Assembly: GCA_964016885.1 (NCBI GenBank) | Contig: OZ024747.1 | Location: 73,966,001 to 74,030,000, forward strand | DNA: 64,000 bases | Reading direction: 5' to 3' | DNA from: Eledone cirrhosa | Lineage: Eukaryota | Position numbers and translations under genes: made by a program | In this document: piece after piece, positions 29,969 to 44,571 of the stretch | Layout of the letters: each line of letters begins with the position of its first letter | How positions within the stretch are numbered: position 1 is the stretch's first letter | Notes under the pieces: model-generated | Told to the model about the DNA's origin: nothing | Seen by the model: the letters and a program-made list of their open reading frames with translations, nothing else | The model's database searches: none

Positions 29969-30044
29969 CGAAGGAATTGTGGTAAGGAACTAGATGGACC
30001 ATAACGCACCAGATTACTCAATACTTAGGGTAGTAGAGTGGGAA

Positions 30045-30170
30045 ATAGGAAAACATATTACTCCGACGGCAGAGCCCAAGCCGTTTCGACGGCTATTTCT
30101 GGACTAAATAGTCCAGAAATAGCCGTCGAAACGGCTTGAGCTCTGCTGTCGGAGTAATATTTTTTCCTAT
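30045..30170. repeat. Fold-back inverted repeat (~62-bp arms, 2-nt loop)
   Basis: The centre is GACGGCTATTTCTGGACTA-AA-TAGTCCAGAAATAGCCGTC, followed by GAAACGGC. It ends in (TA)n. Confidence 0.9.
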
Positions 30171-30259
30171 ATATATATATATATATATATTCCTGTGAAT
30201 CATGGTCGGTGACAATAACCATCAGTAGAAGCTTTAGATGGTTGTTACACACGAATGCT

Positions 30260-30785
30260 AAGAAGAATAAACATCATCAAACCTCTTGATAGTATTGCAA
30301 AAAAATAAGCACCAGACCATTACCAATACCATCCGTGTCATGTGTCTTCTACTTACAAGACATGTCATGAGAGGCAGAATCATGAGAGGCAAGGAACCTG
30401 CTACAAAATATTTGCTATAGGAGCCCACTAATGTGAAAGGTAAACGCGGATGACCTCTCAAGACATTAAACAGAGTCATTGAAGAAGATACAGAACCCTC
30501 CGGTAATCTGAGGCAGTTATGGTTCGATCGTGTGAGATGGACAATTTTTTTATTGTCACCACAAAGAAATGGGTGAATTCAGTAGAAGTAGTGGTAATAA
30601 AACCCTTCCATCATAATTTTATGTAAGAAGCTTTGTTAAGTTATGTTCCAAAAGAGAATCATTAAGAAGATACAGAACTATCCAGAAAACTGAGACAGTT
30701 AATATTGATCGTGTCAGATGGGAAGGTTTTATCTTGTCACCACAAACAAGTTGATAAATTTAGTAGTAGTTAGTAGTGGTTAAGA
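30260..30785 (+). mobile_element. Decayed LINE 3' end with duplicated terminal ~120 bp and (AGT)n tails
   Basis: Contains GKRG*PLKTLNRVIEED (RGRP-like). The block GAAGATACAGAAC...TGTCACCACAAA...AGTAGTGGT occurs at ~30475 and again at ~30655. Confidence 0.5.
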
Positions 30786-31524
30786 GATATTTTTAAAGTT
30801 TTAGGAGATATTTTAGGAGATATTGTATATTAAAAACTAAAGGAATCAAGGCTAGAGACATAAAGAGTATACATAATGAAAAGTAGCAGCTATATTTCGT
30901 AATAGTGAAAATGACAAAGGATTTCATTCATCGAACAAGATTTGCCTACCACAAATGTTATGTTTATATGAAGGAGTGAAGAAGTAATTCTGTAAAAATT
31001 CATAACCGTTTGTATATAATCTAAAGTAACAGCACTTTGATGACAGATTCGCTGATGTTTCATTTCCTCAATTGTAAACAGTCAGATCATTCAAGTCATG
31101 GGAACAAATGAACAAATGAAAGAAATATTTGATATTGAAAGAAAAATAAATACAGTTTATATAGAATATATCGTGAAAGATTAGTCTGTCACGCACTGGT
31201 CTTGATATATACTCTTCTTCAATCTGGTACCTCCTCAGAACCGTATTGGCTCAGCTTGAACAAGAAATAGAATCAAGGTGTTTGCTCCATATAGCTGTAG
31301 ATATATAAGCAAGCGTGTTTTGTATATATAATGATATACTGTATGTTTACGACCATGTGTTAGGTGGTTCCAGTAATAGGTACAAGCCTGGCCTGCCACC
31401 TATATATATTAATGTATAACAATATATATATATTTCGTTTCTGAATTTGTTTAGCAAGATTCTTTATCTGAAAACGTGTGTTGAAACTGATATTGTTATA
31501 CTTTGGGAGGGTCATGTTGCCAAT

Positions 31525-31803
31525 AAGAATATAATGTACATAGGTGAGACAGCTCGTAGTATAGGGGAACGGATAAATGAACACTGGCGAGACCTTCAAG
31601 ATAGTAAAGAATCATCTGTACTCAACCAGCATGCTAAAATAGAACATAAGGGTAAATTAGAGAACATAGAAATAAAAATAGAATCTACACACAGAAAAGA
31701 CGCAATGTTTAGACAAATCACAGAGGCAATAAACATAAATGAATTACAACCAAAATTAAATAGAAAACATGAGTGGAACAGCAACATCACAACTTACAAT
31801 TAA
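31525..31803 (+). pseudogene. PLE GIY-YIG endonuclease C-terminal part
   Basis: YIGETARSIGERINEH...QHAKIEH...RQITEAININELQPKLN. Confidence 0.85.
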
Positions 31804-32005
31804 GGACACAATGAAAACACACATGCACATAGAACAAACAACCAACCAGTAACATGTAAATAGACAAATAAATAAACGAATATAAACACACACAGACACT
31901 CGGATGTAACACATGGGCAAACTAAGCACACAATACACACACAAAAACAAGATGGCGTAGGACAGAACAAAGGAGAGACACAAAAAACAAAGAAAAGAAT
32001 CCCCA

Positions 32006-32047
32006 GTCACTGAAGAGGTCACAGAATGTGTGACGAAAGACTTTGAC
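32006..32047 (+). ncRNA. Minimal type I hammerhead motif in PLE 3' UTR
   Basis: GTCA-CTGAAGA-GGTCACAGAATGTGTGAC-GAAA-GAC-TT-TGAC. Loop III is 1 nt shorter than in the 21.3-kb copy. Confidence 0.7.
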
Positions 32048-32193
32048 AATATATAAACAACCATCTGGTTGTGGAACCAACCAACCAACCGGAAATTTAT
32101 AAATTCCTAAATTTATAAATTTATTATAATAAATTGAAGTGAAAGCCATTGGTGCGTGTGTTTCTTATTGGCAACATGACCCTCCCAAAGTAT

Positions 32194-32259
<66 letters not shown>

Positions 32260-32439
32260 ATGTGTATATATATGTGTGTGTGTGTCTGCCTGTGTGTGTT
32301 TGTGTATATTTGTGAGTAGTTTCCAGAATTATAATTCTGATCGATTCCTTGCTATTTACCATTCGACGTTAATGTGTGAATGATAAATAGCTATGGAAGT
32401 CTAAACAATAATCCACGCTACCTTTGTCTCCCTCTCTAC

Positions 32440-32652
<213 letters not shown>

Positions 32653-32653
32653 T

Positions 32654-34340
32654 CTGTACGTCCTGACTCTCGAGCCACTACTGCGAAATTTGGAGCTATT
32701 GGAGGGCTTCCCTTTGGAACCGGGACTGCGAAAAGCGGCATCGGCCTACGCCGACGACGTCTCAGTAATGGTGTGGAGCACCTCGCACATCGGAGGGGGC
32801 GGGGGCACCTTACTTAAGGAATACGAAAGGTTTACAGGAGCGAAGCTAAACCGGGACAAATCCGTCGGTTTGCAACTAGGAACGTGGAGAGGCAAACCGA
32901 TGCCATCCGATGGCGTCGTCGGACGCTGGACGGCAGGACCGGTAAAGCTGCTCGGGGTCTGGTTTGGTCCGGACCTCCAGGTGGAGAAGAACTGGAACGA
33001 GGTGACGGCCAAGGTGTTTGCGCTCACCCATAAGTGGGCCGAGTGCAAACTATTCTTGAAAGGTCGAGCGGAGGTGGCGTACACTTTTATAGCGTCCGTC
33101 ATCTACTACCGATTGACCGTCGTGCCTTGTCCAGCCAAAACGCTCACCAAAATAGAGCGCGCGCTCTTCCAATTCCTTTGGAAGAAACGGGCTCCTTTGG
33201 TGAGAAGATCCATCTGCTGCCAACACCCTTCAAACGGAGGGCTGGGGATGCCGTGGCTGACGATGCGCAAACACGCGCTCAGGCTGCGGCACCGCCACGT
33301 ATTCCTCACCGGACAACCGGTGTGGGCCCCGTTCGTGAGGCGAGCCTTCCCACGACTCGTCTCACTGACCGAGGTGCAGTCCTGGGTCAAGCAAAGACCG
33401 AGGAAAATAGGCGACTGGCACATCGAATGTGCTCAGGCGCTCACGGTCCTCTGGAAAACGGACCCGGCGATCAGTGGAGACTCCACTTCGACATTCCATA
33501 AAGGGTTGGTCCGCAGCAAGTGCGACGACGCGCTCGGAGAAACTCTAGTCATAGAGGAAGACGAACTGGCCAGTCTGTTGAGTAGGACCTTCAGCCCGGG
33601 ACCAATGGACGACTTCCAAAAGTCCCTGGCCTGGCAGTGCTACCGAGGATCTCTACCAGTTCGAGACAAGCTCTACAGACACGGGCGCTCGGGCAGGGAC
33701 CCTTCGAAAAAGATCTGTCCGAGATGCGTCCGCGACGAGGAAACCGAGCGATACCGACCTGTGGGGCTATGTAGAACGAGTATTGTCGCGGGTGGGACCA
33801 ATCCAGTTGACCACCGAGTCCATTGTCATGATCAAACCGCCACCCTCCTTCAAAAACGAGGGCGAGGGGTTTTCCTATGTGTTATGTCTATGGTGAAAGA
33901 GGTTATATGGTGGGCGAGGTTAAAAGGGCTGAGGTCAAACACCTTTCTCTCCGCCGAGCAACTGATTCGTTTTTTCAAATATCATTTTGGAAGAAGAATC
34001 AAGATGGAGAGAGAGGTGCTGTACCCCAGCAAATTTTATAAAAGGTGGGTGAATGTGGCAAATATGGCCCGAGTGGTTGGGCCTTCTCTCTATATAAGCC
34101 TGTAGGTTGAGGAAAAAGAGGAAGAGAGGAAGGGAGTACTCACTCTTGGTGATCCTGGAGATGAGGGTTGTACATTTTTACGGGGTGTGTACAACCTCTG
34201 TATACGCCCCCCCCCCCCCTATTGGGGATTTCAATTGTTATTTGTTATTTTATTAATAGTTTTATTTTCATATACCTGTATGTAAACTCCTCATTTATAT
34301 TTGTCCTCTTCTTTTGTGCCCTTGTGGCTAATAAAGAAAT
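32654..34340 (+). mobile_element. Tx1/L1-superfamily non-LTR retrotransposon, 5'-truncated ORF2 (RT C-half plus zinc-binding region), inactive
   Basis: GC-rich block with motifs LYVLTLEPLL, AYADD, TGAKLNRDKS, VKLLGVWF, FLW, GGLG, LPVRDKL and CPRC..EET. The 3' UTR ends with AATAAAG. The segment after EET is out of frame (the other frame reads DLWGYVERVLSR). Confidence 0.92.
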
Positions 34341-34430
34341 TTATCTACCACTCTATCTATGTATCTCCATATATATATATATATATAGATTAGATGTATA
34401 TATACCTATCCTCCCCTCTCTCTCTCTCAC

Positions 34431-34476
<46 letters not shown>

Positions 34477-36804
34477 GTAGGCTTTCTCAATATATGGGAA
34501 CACACACAAATAAATATGCGTATTTTTGTGTATCAAAATCTATGCCATAAATTATATAATTAAACATTTAGTATCAATCTGAATAAAATGTTACGCTTTT
34601 ACTTTCAAAATTTGAATTAAATGCCAAAGCTGTAAAGACCTAAACCAGTTTTACAAAAGGATATTAAACATTTATTTAACCTGAAAAAAGATCAGGATCA
34701 CAGATAAAACAAATTATAATTCAACCACCCGTCTTTCAATACATTCAGGAATACAGAATTGTCTGAATCTATAGAGGAATGTTAGGTCAATGTGACCTAC
34801 CAGTGTTGAAAGAGATACTATGACATTTTCCTTTATCCACACAGCTCTTAAACAACACATAAAGCGATGAAGATTATGAGCATGGATTTTTAATATTTCT
34901 ATGTAGAATGTTATTGAACAAAATTTAAATGTAAAATAACTATTTATAAATCAATAAACGAGTTGCGTCATTAGATTAAGAGATTAGAGAAAATAATTCT
35001 GATATGAAGATCTGATATGGCATCCAAGCAAGATAGTGGCTGATTATTGATGTAAATATACATAAAATACAGCTATATACGTTGTGTGGCTTTACATAAT
35101 TCTTTGACTGCCGGTCAAGTTGTTTTGCGGTATTTCTTCCTGCTCATCACTTGTTGAGGTAAACATTGCTTTTATTTTTAAACAGATCAAAGAAGTTACA
35201 CAGATGAAGATGAGTATAGAATAATATAGAATATGTTACATACATTTCTAGGTATTATGGGAATAGAATGGTTGACATAAGGAAGGGCAGAGGAATAAAC
35301 AATATATAATTATATATATATTATTGCCTGTAGCACTAAAGCAGTGTTTAGAGGAGAATATGAAACTTTAGAAACATGTATATACATTTATATATACAAT
35401 AAAGATATGGTAGCCTCGCTGTCAAAGTAAAATTGGATTAATAAACATGACTACAAGCATTTAAGCTCTAGTCTTCACAACTTTCCTTCATATTGACCAT
35501 CAAATATAACATTACCTCACCTGCTCATAATACACTTTTAAGAAAGAGCAAATAGAAAACCATTAGTAAATGTAACATCAATCGTATACGGAATTCCCAA
35601 ACAAAATCTTTTAATTTTGGAATCAATACACATAACACGACTCAATGAGGAAATAAAAAGATAGAAGGAACATTGTTCACATTACAGCAGTAATACCAAT
35701 ACCAATCCTATCGTCTGGCCTATTATAATAGAAAAAATAGGAAGCTCCAAAACCGAATCATACAAATTTATCATGGACTTGAGAATTTTACTGATTTTAT
35801 CAGTCTCAAAGGAGCTTATGTGAAATTATAAATAAAAAGAAAATAAAGAAATTGTTGGAAAAGATAAATTTACAATTATCTTTTACCTTCAATATAACAA
35901 ACTTAAAAGTAAATTGTTCGCTATTTATCCCTTTTCTCTCCTTCTCTACAAGTCTTTCCACTCTCTCTCTCCACCTCTGCATATTGTGTATTTTCTAAAT
36001 ATTAATAAATACTTAGAAATTTCGAAAATAGACTCAACACCTGCACCCCCCACACACACAACACACAGACACATATATACATATGCATGTATGTATATAT
36101 GTATATACAAATATATACAGACATACATGCAGTATATATGCAATTTGTTTAACCTCGATTAATTACTAGTTATTTACAATGACAATAATAATAATACTAA
36201 TATTCTGTATCTGACTCAAACAATTATTAATAGAAAATTTAAATTATAAAATAAATCTCTTACGGCGTGTTAATGTAGATGTTTGTGTGTAGTGTAGGTG
36301 TGTAGTGTAGGTGTGTAGTGTACGTGTGTGTCTGTATTTCTGCTGTTGTAAATATCTTTACATTTAAGACTAAGATTATAATTAAATCTAAGTTTCAGTT
36401 TATCTCAATAAACTACCTCACTGTATTGACTCAATACGAACTAAAATTATACACACGTAGGCGTGAATACTGAAAGTATTTAAGAGTTTATTATTGAAAA
36501 CTCAACAATAGATTCTCAGAAAGATGAGCTTATTTGTTTATTTAGTAGTGCTTAGTTTTCACTAGATGTCTCATTACGCACAGATATGTCTCATCCATAT
36601 TCATCCACTATTACACTTAACATAATAACATCTTCATACTACTAATAACAAATTTGATTTCTATCACTCAATGTACAATTTATTTATATGGTTTTCGAAT
36701 TGTAATTCCGATTAAATTATTTAATGATTTGATATTTGAGAAGTTTAGTGACGAAGTTGTAGGTCTACCACCAATCTTTTTTTATTATTTATGATACTGT
36801 TATT

Positions 36805-36985
36805 TAATTTAGGCACAAGACCAGAAATTATGTTAAAGGGCAAAGGTCATTAAATCAACATAGTACTTGAGTTGTACTTTATTTTATTGACCTCGGCTGG
36901 ATTTGAACTCAAAATACAAAGATCCACAACAAAATTCACAATGGCTGGTTCTCAGATGCTCTATCATCTCTGCCAATACACCAAC
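36805..36985 (-). mobile_element. SINE family A-related (diverged)
   Basis: TAGGCACAAGACCAG...GACCTCGGCTGGATTTGAACTCAA...CTGCCAATACACC. Confidence 0.65.
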
Positions 36986-39900
36986 CTTCCTGATACTTAT
37001 ATTAAATAACACGATATTGAAGTATAATTAAGACGTTCACTTTGCTACAACGTAACATCCTTTGGATGTCAATTCACCAAATTCCAACATGTATCTCCTA
37101 CTCTAGATTTCGGTTATCTTATATGTGTCGTAAACATTTATACGGGTCTGTTATGCTGTGTATTTGTATATACTATTGTAAAACCATTGGTTGGGCTGCA
37201 ACCATTTACATTAAATCTTAAAATAGTCGTTCGTATCGCATAGATCAATGGAGCAATTACAAGAGGCAAAGCCATGAATGGTGTTCGATCATGACGACAA
37301 ACCATTTAGTAGAAATAGTCCAATAATAAATTAGTAAAACAAGGGATAATATTACGGTATGATTCTGTTTAAAATGGATATCAATATTTATAATTTAGTG
37401 ATTATTATTATTGTTATTTTAGTGTGGTTGTTATAGTTCTCAGAAGCTATAATACTGAACCAGATACAATGAGATAAACAATGTGAGATATATAGTAACA
37501 ATATTTGAATGTGATTCTTGCCTTGTATTTAACATTGAGGAGCTATAGTAGGTGTCATATATATTTTGACTGATGTTTATTTTACTAGCTTCGTGAGATA
37601 AAAATAAAACTATTTTTAGCGGTCTTCTAATCAGAGTGTACAGGAAACTAAATATCTCTAGGCATTTTGTCCGATGCTATATGGAAATTTTAACGCCCGT
37701 AGGTGTGATCCACACGATTTGTAATTGCTCTTTCAATACATTGCCCTCGATATCGTAAGGTGTAACACCTTCTTTACAATGTTGGAACCTGAGTTTCATG
37801 AATGGGGCATATGACAACATTTAATCGACTGGGTCACGCTGTTACCGATTATTACTACATGCACTCTATATGTTTACATCTACATGGATATTCGGTTCGC
37901 TAAAAAATGCAGTGAAAACTGATTCGTATCTGCAAAGTATCTACGTCAGACTGAAAAGAACATTCATCGAATGGTGAGAAGAACCATTTACATTGCCTAA
38001 CTATCTGCAGTCAAGACGCTATTGAGTAACATTTTATAATTGCCTTGAAAGTAATTGAAGGTCACTTTCGATAATATGGTCTGTAATAAACTGTTTGAAT
38101 AGCCTGGCGTAACTTTGATCATTGGTCAGTTCTATTTAGGCTGAATATGAGAAGACAGTCAAATATTTTCCTATAGAACAGTTCTAATTGTCCACCCAGT
38201 GTCCGCAGAGGAACAGAAATACCAAATATAATTATTTAGCGATAACACCGGCGTGGAGATCTACTGTTATGGAAAAAAGGGGGGGGGGGTTAACATATAT
38301 AATTCTGGTCGTCATAGTATTTCTGTCAAAATTTATGCACTGCATCTAATTTTACACCCACTATAAAATTGTCTAAGTTTCCAACAGATTCTTTCTCTAT
38401 GTAATTAACCTCAGTTTTTGATTAACAAAATATGCTAATTTTTACCATTAACTGCAATCACCAACTACTGAGAAGTCCATGCATCATTGGAGATGTCTAA
38501 GACAGAAATACTTCGGTTTCCACTGAGCTAATTGGCGAAATAACAATAGTAAAGGATATTGTATGTTTGTAATCTTATCATATCCTGCTTAGGATTATTG
38601 AGATTATTGATGTTCTAAACTACATATGTTCTCTCACTACTTAACTGTCCATATTCTGTGCAGTGGTGACCCTTGCATATAATTCCATTTTGTATCTTAA
38701 GTTTTCAAAATTATTTACTTCTCTAGTCTTGTTAAATATTTCATTTCTATGCTGTCTGACAATATTATCTCGGAATGTGTTTGTGGGCGATATTGTGTAA
38801 TCATATTATTGTAATTTTATGAAATGTACTATCGTATATTTGTTTCTTGAATAGTTAATGTTATATATGCATTCGTTCCTCTTTCATTTCATATTAAGGA
38901 AATGGTTTATGAATATTAATTATATTTATATATTAGTTATTTGAATAATTGTATAGTTATGTGAATATATACATTCAACCAAAATTACAATGAAATTCTC
39001 CGTCTAAATGTGATGACAATACATTGTAATTAAATAAATATCAATGTTCCCAACATACAGAATAAAATATAAACTAATACATTTAAAAGCTTAAGTTTCT
39101 ATTTGCCGTTTAGCGTAACATTTAGGATAATTTACTTGATTCACTATTTAACAAGTTTCATAATATTTTCCTCAAAACTAGAAATATTCATGCGAAACAA
39201 AAATAATTTCTCTAAAAGGTGATTTTCTTTTTATTTGTAACTAGAAATGTACACATACAATGTGGAATGTATTGTTCCATGGTAATGAGGAAACAATGGC
39301 AATGAAAGACAAGGATAAGCAGCTTAATTCAAATCTTATCACAACTTACTAGATGGAAAAATACTGTGATGCTACGATCAGGACTAGATCACATTCTCTC
39401 AAAGGTCTTCTCAGTCAATGTTTATTTGGGCTCAAACGAAACCATTTTATTGCTTATAATCTATATTAATTTCTGGATATTTTATTCGACCATTCTCGTG
39501 TCTAGTAAATAGGGGTGCAGGCATAAATGTGGGTTAACTAGTTCAATTTGCAACCACATAATATGGGATACCATCACATTGCACGGAGGTTTAAACAAAT
39601 GTCTCTGGTAGCATAAATACGATGTGAACGGGATATAGTATACATATGATCTGCGTTCTAACTTAACCTCGATGAAAATAGACGAAACAGATATGCTTTT
39701 ACTGGGTGATATATGTATGTGGATGTGTGACATGTGATATTTATGTGTCTGTATGTGTACCTACATTTAAACATTTATGTTTTTAGTGTTGCATTTTCTT
39801 ATGTCTCACCACTTGGTAATCCGACATATATGCTTCGATAAAATAAATGCCAAACTGAAATAATTAAAGGTATGGATATGAAAGAGTAAAAGAAAATATC

Positions 39901-40177
39901 TCATAGCTGAGGCTTTAAAACGGGCGCAGGTTGATGCTAAATAAATATGAATACAAAATTAGTGTAAACGACCAATGGATTCATAGTTCTTATGAAAACT
40001 GGTGAATGTTTGCTTATTAAATAATAATTTCTACATAAAATCCCAAAAAATTATTTGCCATCGTTATTTGTAATAAGTTAATGGTTGTGATTTATTCTAA
40101 GAAATTTCAAACACAGTAATTTCAGAACAAAAATTGTTATCTCTCGGAGTTCCAACACTACTAAAAAAATGGCTGAA

Positions 40178-40566
40178 AATAATTGTTTCTACTTTAGGCA
40201 CAAGGCCAGCAAATACCCAGTACACTACTGGTACTTTATTTTATCGACCCCGTAAGGATGAAAGGCAAAGTTAACCTCGGCGAGATTTGAACTCAGACTG
40301 TAAAGGGACGTAACTATGCTAGAAAGCATGGTGTCTGACGCTCTACCGATTCTGCCAATCTACCACCCAAAAAGTCTAATAATAATTGTTTCTACTTTTG
40401 GCACAAGGTCAGCAATTACCCAGTGCATTACTGGTACTTTATTTTATCGACCCCGTAAGGATGAAAGGCAAAGTCAACCTCGGCGGGATTTGAACTCAGA
40501 TCGTTAAGGGACGTAACTATCCTGGAAAGCATGGCGTCCGACCCTCTACCAATACTGCCAATCCAT
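40178..40566 (-). mobile_element. Two tandem full-length SINE family A copies
   Basis: Copies at 40178-40366 and 40380-40566, each with the family body and A/B boxes. Confidence 0.9.
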
Positions 40567-43500
40567 AATAATGATGTGAAATATATTGGAGCGAGAGGTG
40601 CGTAAAATATTTCATAAAATTGTAGGGATCTCATAGGCGAAAATAGCTGTGAAACAGCCAGTTGATATTAGGAATAACAAGGAGTCGGGTCAAAATATGA
40701 CCTCTAAAAAGTTTATTAATTTAAACCAACCCCTGGTTGTTATACTGCTGTTTCCGCGTTTGAGATTCCTACAATTTTGTGAAACTTCTAATAATAATTT
40801 CCTCTGCTATACACAATACTCAAACACAACTTGTGTGAGAATCGGTGTTACATAACAGCAATTAAATAGCGTCATAAAACATATCAGCAGTTTGTGTTGT
40901 CTGAAATTGCATTAGAAATAAAACGTTTGAGAGTATCTTCGTTTAAGCATAAACAATAAACTACATCATAAACAATATGATGACTATATGTACAATCTGG
41001 CTGACATATTACATATTCGTCCATTGACAATTTTACTATTCATATTGTGATATGATCATTTTTTTTTTACTTTTTGGATTTCACTTCTTATTCAAGTCAT
41101 GTACTATATTATTACGTTAACATGTTTCAAATACAATATAATGGAACACATAATAGAGAAAGAAAATTATAATTGTAGCAAAACACGCGCACTCATAAAT
41201 AAATATATAAATAGGAATATAATAGATTAAATATCTAAATATTTCGGCAAAATATAAAATATGAATTTGATTCAACTCCATAAAAAATATTAATATCTCT
41301 ATATAAATAAATATCATATATATATTATATATATGTATTATGTATATATGATATTATATATTATATATGCATACACACACACGCACAAACAAACACACGC
41401 GCGCGCACACACACACAGATATATATATATATCTATGAATATATATATAAATAAATAAATATATATTGATAATATAATATAATTGTTATTAGCGCCACTA
41501 GAAATAATCTTTATTCGTTTTTGAGTTCTTGACACCAACGAGTGAAGCAGATAATCCATACTAGATGTAATTACACAAGATCAAAGCCAGGCAGTACATT
41601 AAAAACTTTCTATATAGCAAGCAACTAATACCCTAATAAGCAAACACTGAAATTATTGATCGTTTATAATAATTTAGAAATTATCACACCGATCAAATAA
41701 ACTAAATTTATTAAACAAAAATAAGAAAATATACATACTTTTGAAGTAAATATCGCTTGCGATGTATATGTTTATATTTCATGTAACAATATATAAAATA
41801 ACATAAACTCATGAGGACCCAATATATATATATGTATGATATATTATATATTTTTATAAGGAAAAGGTTCACACACACACATAAACAGTCCCACATACAA
41901 ACACACGCTCGTAGACGAATATATACACATGTTAAATCCATCATTACATGTGTAAGGGAGAATTAACAAGACAAGATATGAGATGTACGTAGTAGCACTT
42001 ACATATGTGTCTCTTCCATTCCATTCTACAGATTTCAACTTTATTGGGTCTAGCACTGGTAGGTTCTTGATATACTCACTAGTTGACTTCCATTAAACTA
42101 AACTTATGTTAGCTTCTTTATGTTCGCTCCCTTCATCTGTTATTAAAGGAATGGATACCTCCTCTTTTCATTCCTTCTTCACATATATCCATTAATTATT
42201 ATTGCCTCCTTAGGAACTGTTTTTTTAAAGAAAAGTTGAAACAATCCAAAAGTGTTTTTTTTAAGATGACTGAACTGACGACATTGAAGAGTATAAAATA
42301 TCTTTCTAGGAAATCGTGCTTTCGGAAAATATACTGTTTGATCTGATAAAACAACTTATATAACAACTTCCTTCACGGATTAAGTGATCTATCACCAGTT
42401 TTTCATATTTATTGCGAAATCCAACAACACTTATACCAGCGCATATTGATACTAAAATATTACAGAAATAACATTATTTATATTCTTTAATACATATGGG
42501 GTAGAAATGTGATCAGAATATAGTATCATTACTTACATTACCTGTACAACTGTTTCGAAACATACAGAAAAATATATTAATTACCGTAATTAAAATAACC
42601 AATGTTTAATGAGCCAATCCAAAGACTTAACATTCTCATCACCAGTTATTTCTGTCTTTGTTTTACTACTACAAAATATAAGCTATCGATTAATAGACCA
42701 GCTGAAGAATCGACTCCTGACTGTTGTTACACCACAAGTTTATACCTTTATAACCCACTTTTTTATCTGTTGACATATTTGAATATTCATAACATTATCA
42801 AACTTTCATATAACATCCCTTAGCATTTCTATTTTACTCTAGGGACAGCACATATGTTGGAATCAAATTCATTCATGTAATATAATGGTAGCACAATCTT
42901 GCCATTTTTGTGAAAACATATAATCTTTCAAGATTGATTTAAACGGAATCTCCACAGTGAATGCTGGCTGTTCGCCAACACTTTACAGTAACAAGCTATT
43001 GTAATATTCATTTATAAAAATAATGAATTTCAACAATTTAAAAATCCCAAATGAAAAGATTAATTATTCCTTATCATTGCTGTTTATATAACCACTCACA
43101 CACACTCACGCACAAATAAATGCATGTGCATACGTGTATACTTACAAACATACGCACACACAGACACATTGAAAGCATAATCTATCGTTGTGGACCTACT
43201 ACCGTGATGTTTACGCATTGATACAACTTTCCAGATTGCGTTATTACGTCAATTCAACCGATCTTTAAGTCAACATTAGGATTTAATTGTGTCCTTTAAT
43301 TGCGTATTCTAATAGCATACAATTTATAGTATTTGCCTGAAAATCTAATGTTATATTGATCTTTGAATTTTCCCCTATATAGGAGGCTGCAGTTGTAATG
43401 AGGTGTGCATGATTGGGAGAGGATGATAATAAGGATGGATTTGTAACGCGCTATTTGTAATACAGTTTGGTACGTGTTCTTATCTAATGATCTCATTACG

Positions 43501-44469
43501 CCTACCTATTCAGGTGAATATAAGTTCAAGGGTAGCTTCAAGTGAAAGTTGTCAGACCTTTATAGGATGTTGTGAAATTGAACCCATTCATATGTTACAA
43601 TGTTAAACATATCTCGCTCTGATGAGATGATATTGATATGTATTGATAAGCAGGAAGAAGGAATGTATGAAATAAAGGAAAAGAATGTATTGAAGATGAT
43701 ACTTAAACAATGAATTGAAAAATACCAGGATTTTAGAAATGTAGATGAATACGAAATTATGTATACACACCCCCAAAACACATCTATGAACAGATTAAAC
43801 ACACATACCCCCCCCCCTCCACATACACACACAGCTTTTATCCTGGCTCTGTTCAATATACAGGCTCTGCCCCTCTTGACGTCTACAGAGACATCATCAT
43901 TCAAAGTTCGTAGTTGTTAAAACATTCTATATAGAAACACATTTGCGCACACACATGATTACACAATCTACAATATGATTACCTCCCTTCTTATGATATT
44001 TTAATATATGAATCCCACTACTACCTGCACTTATCAGAAATAGTTGACTTACCACACACCTCTACCCTGTAGGACACAAACACCGTCACATATCTAACCG
44101 CCACACAGTGAAGATCAGCTATACCTGTGCTAAAAACAAAATCCTACATCATATTTAAACACAAGACCCTTCTACACAGAGAATATTCGTAGATTCAAAA
44201 GTTCTATATACACAAAGTCAGTAAAACCACTTAGAATATTTATAGGTTATATATTAATTGTACAAATGTATGTACACTTAAAGACCCAATTCAATTCAAA
44301 ACATAAAGGATAAATTGCAAATTTCGATCACTGTATGTGTCATATACATGATATAAGGGGCATTTCTGTGCGCCTGGGGCATGTGCGGTGTTTGGTGGTG
44401 TCATTTCTATTGTATTGAAGATACACTTTGTAATATGTGTGCTGTGCCAAGTAGTGCTATGGTTTGTAT

Positions 44470-44571
<102 letters not shown>

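Larger units (their letters stand above)
31428..32200 (+). mobile_element. Penelope-like element 3' fragment (same family as the 21-kb copy) with inverted 5' piece
   Basis: GIY-YIG ORF from ~31525 (KNIMYIGETARSIGERINEH...PKLN), 3' UTR with HHR. 31430-31530 is an inverted copy of the 3' end. Confidence 0.88.
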
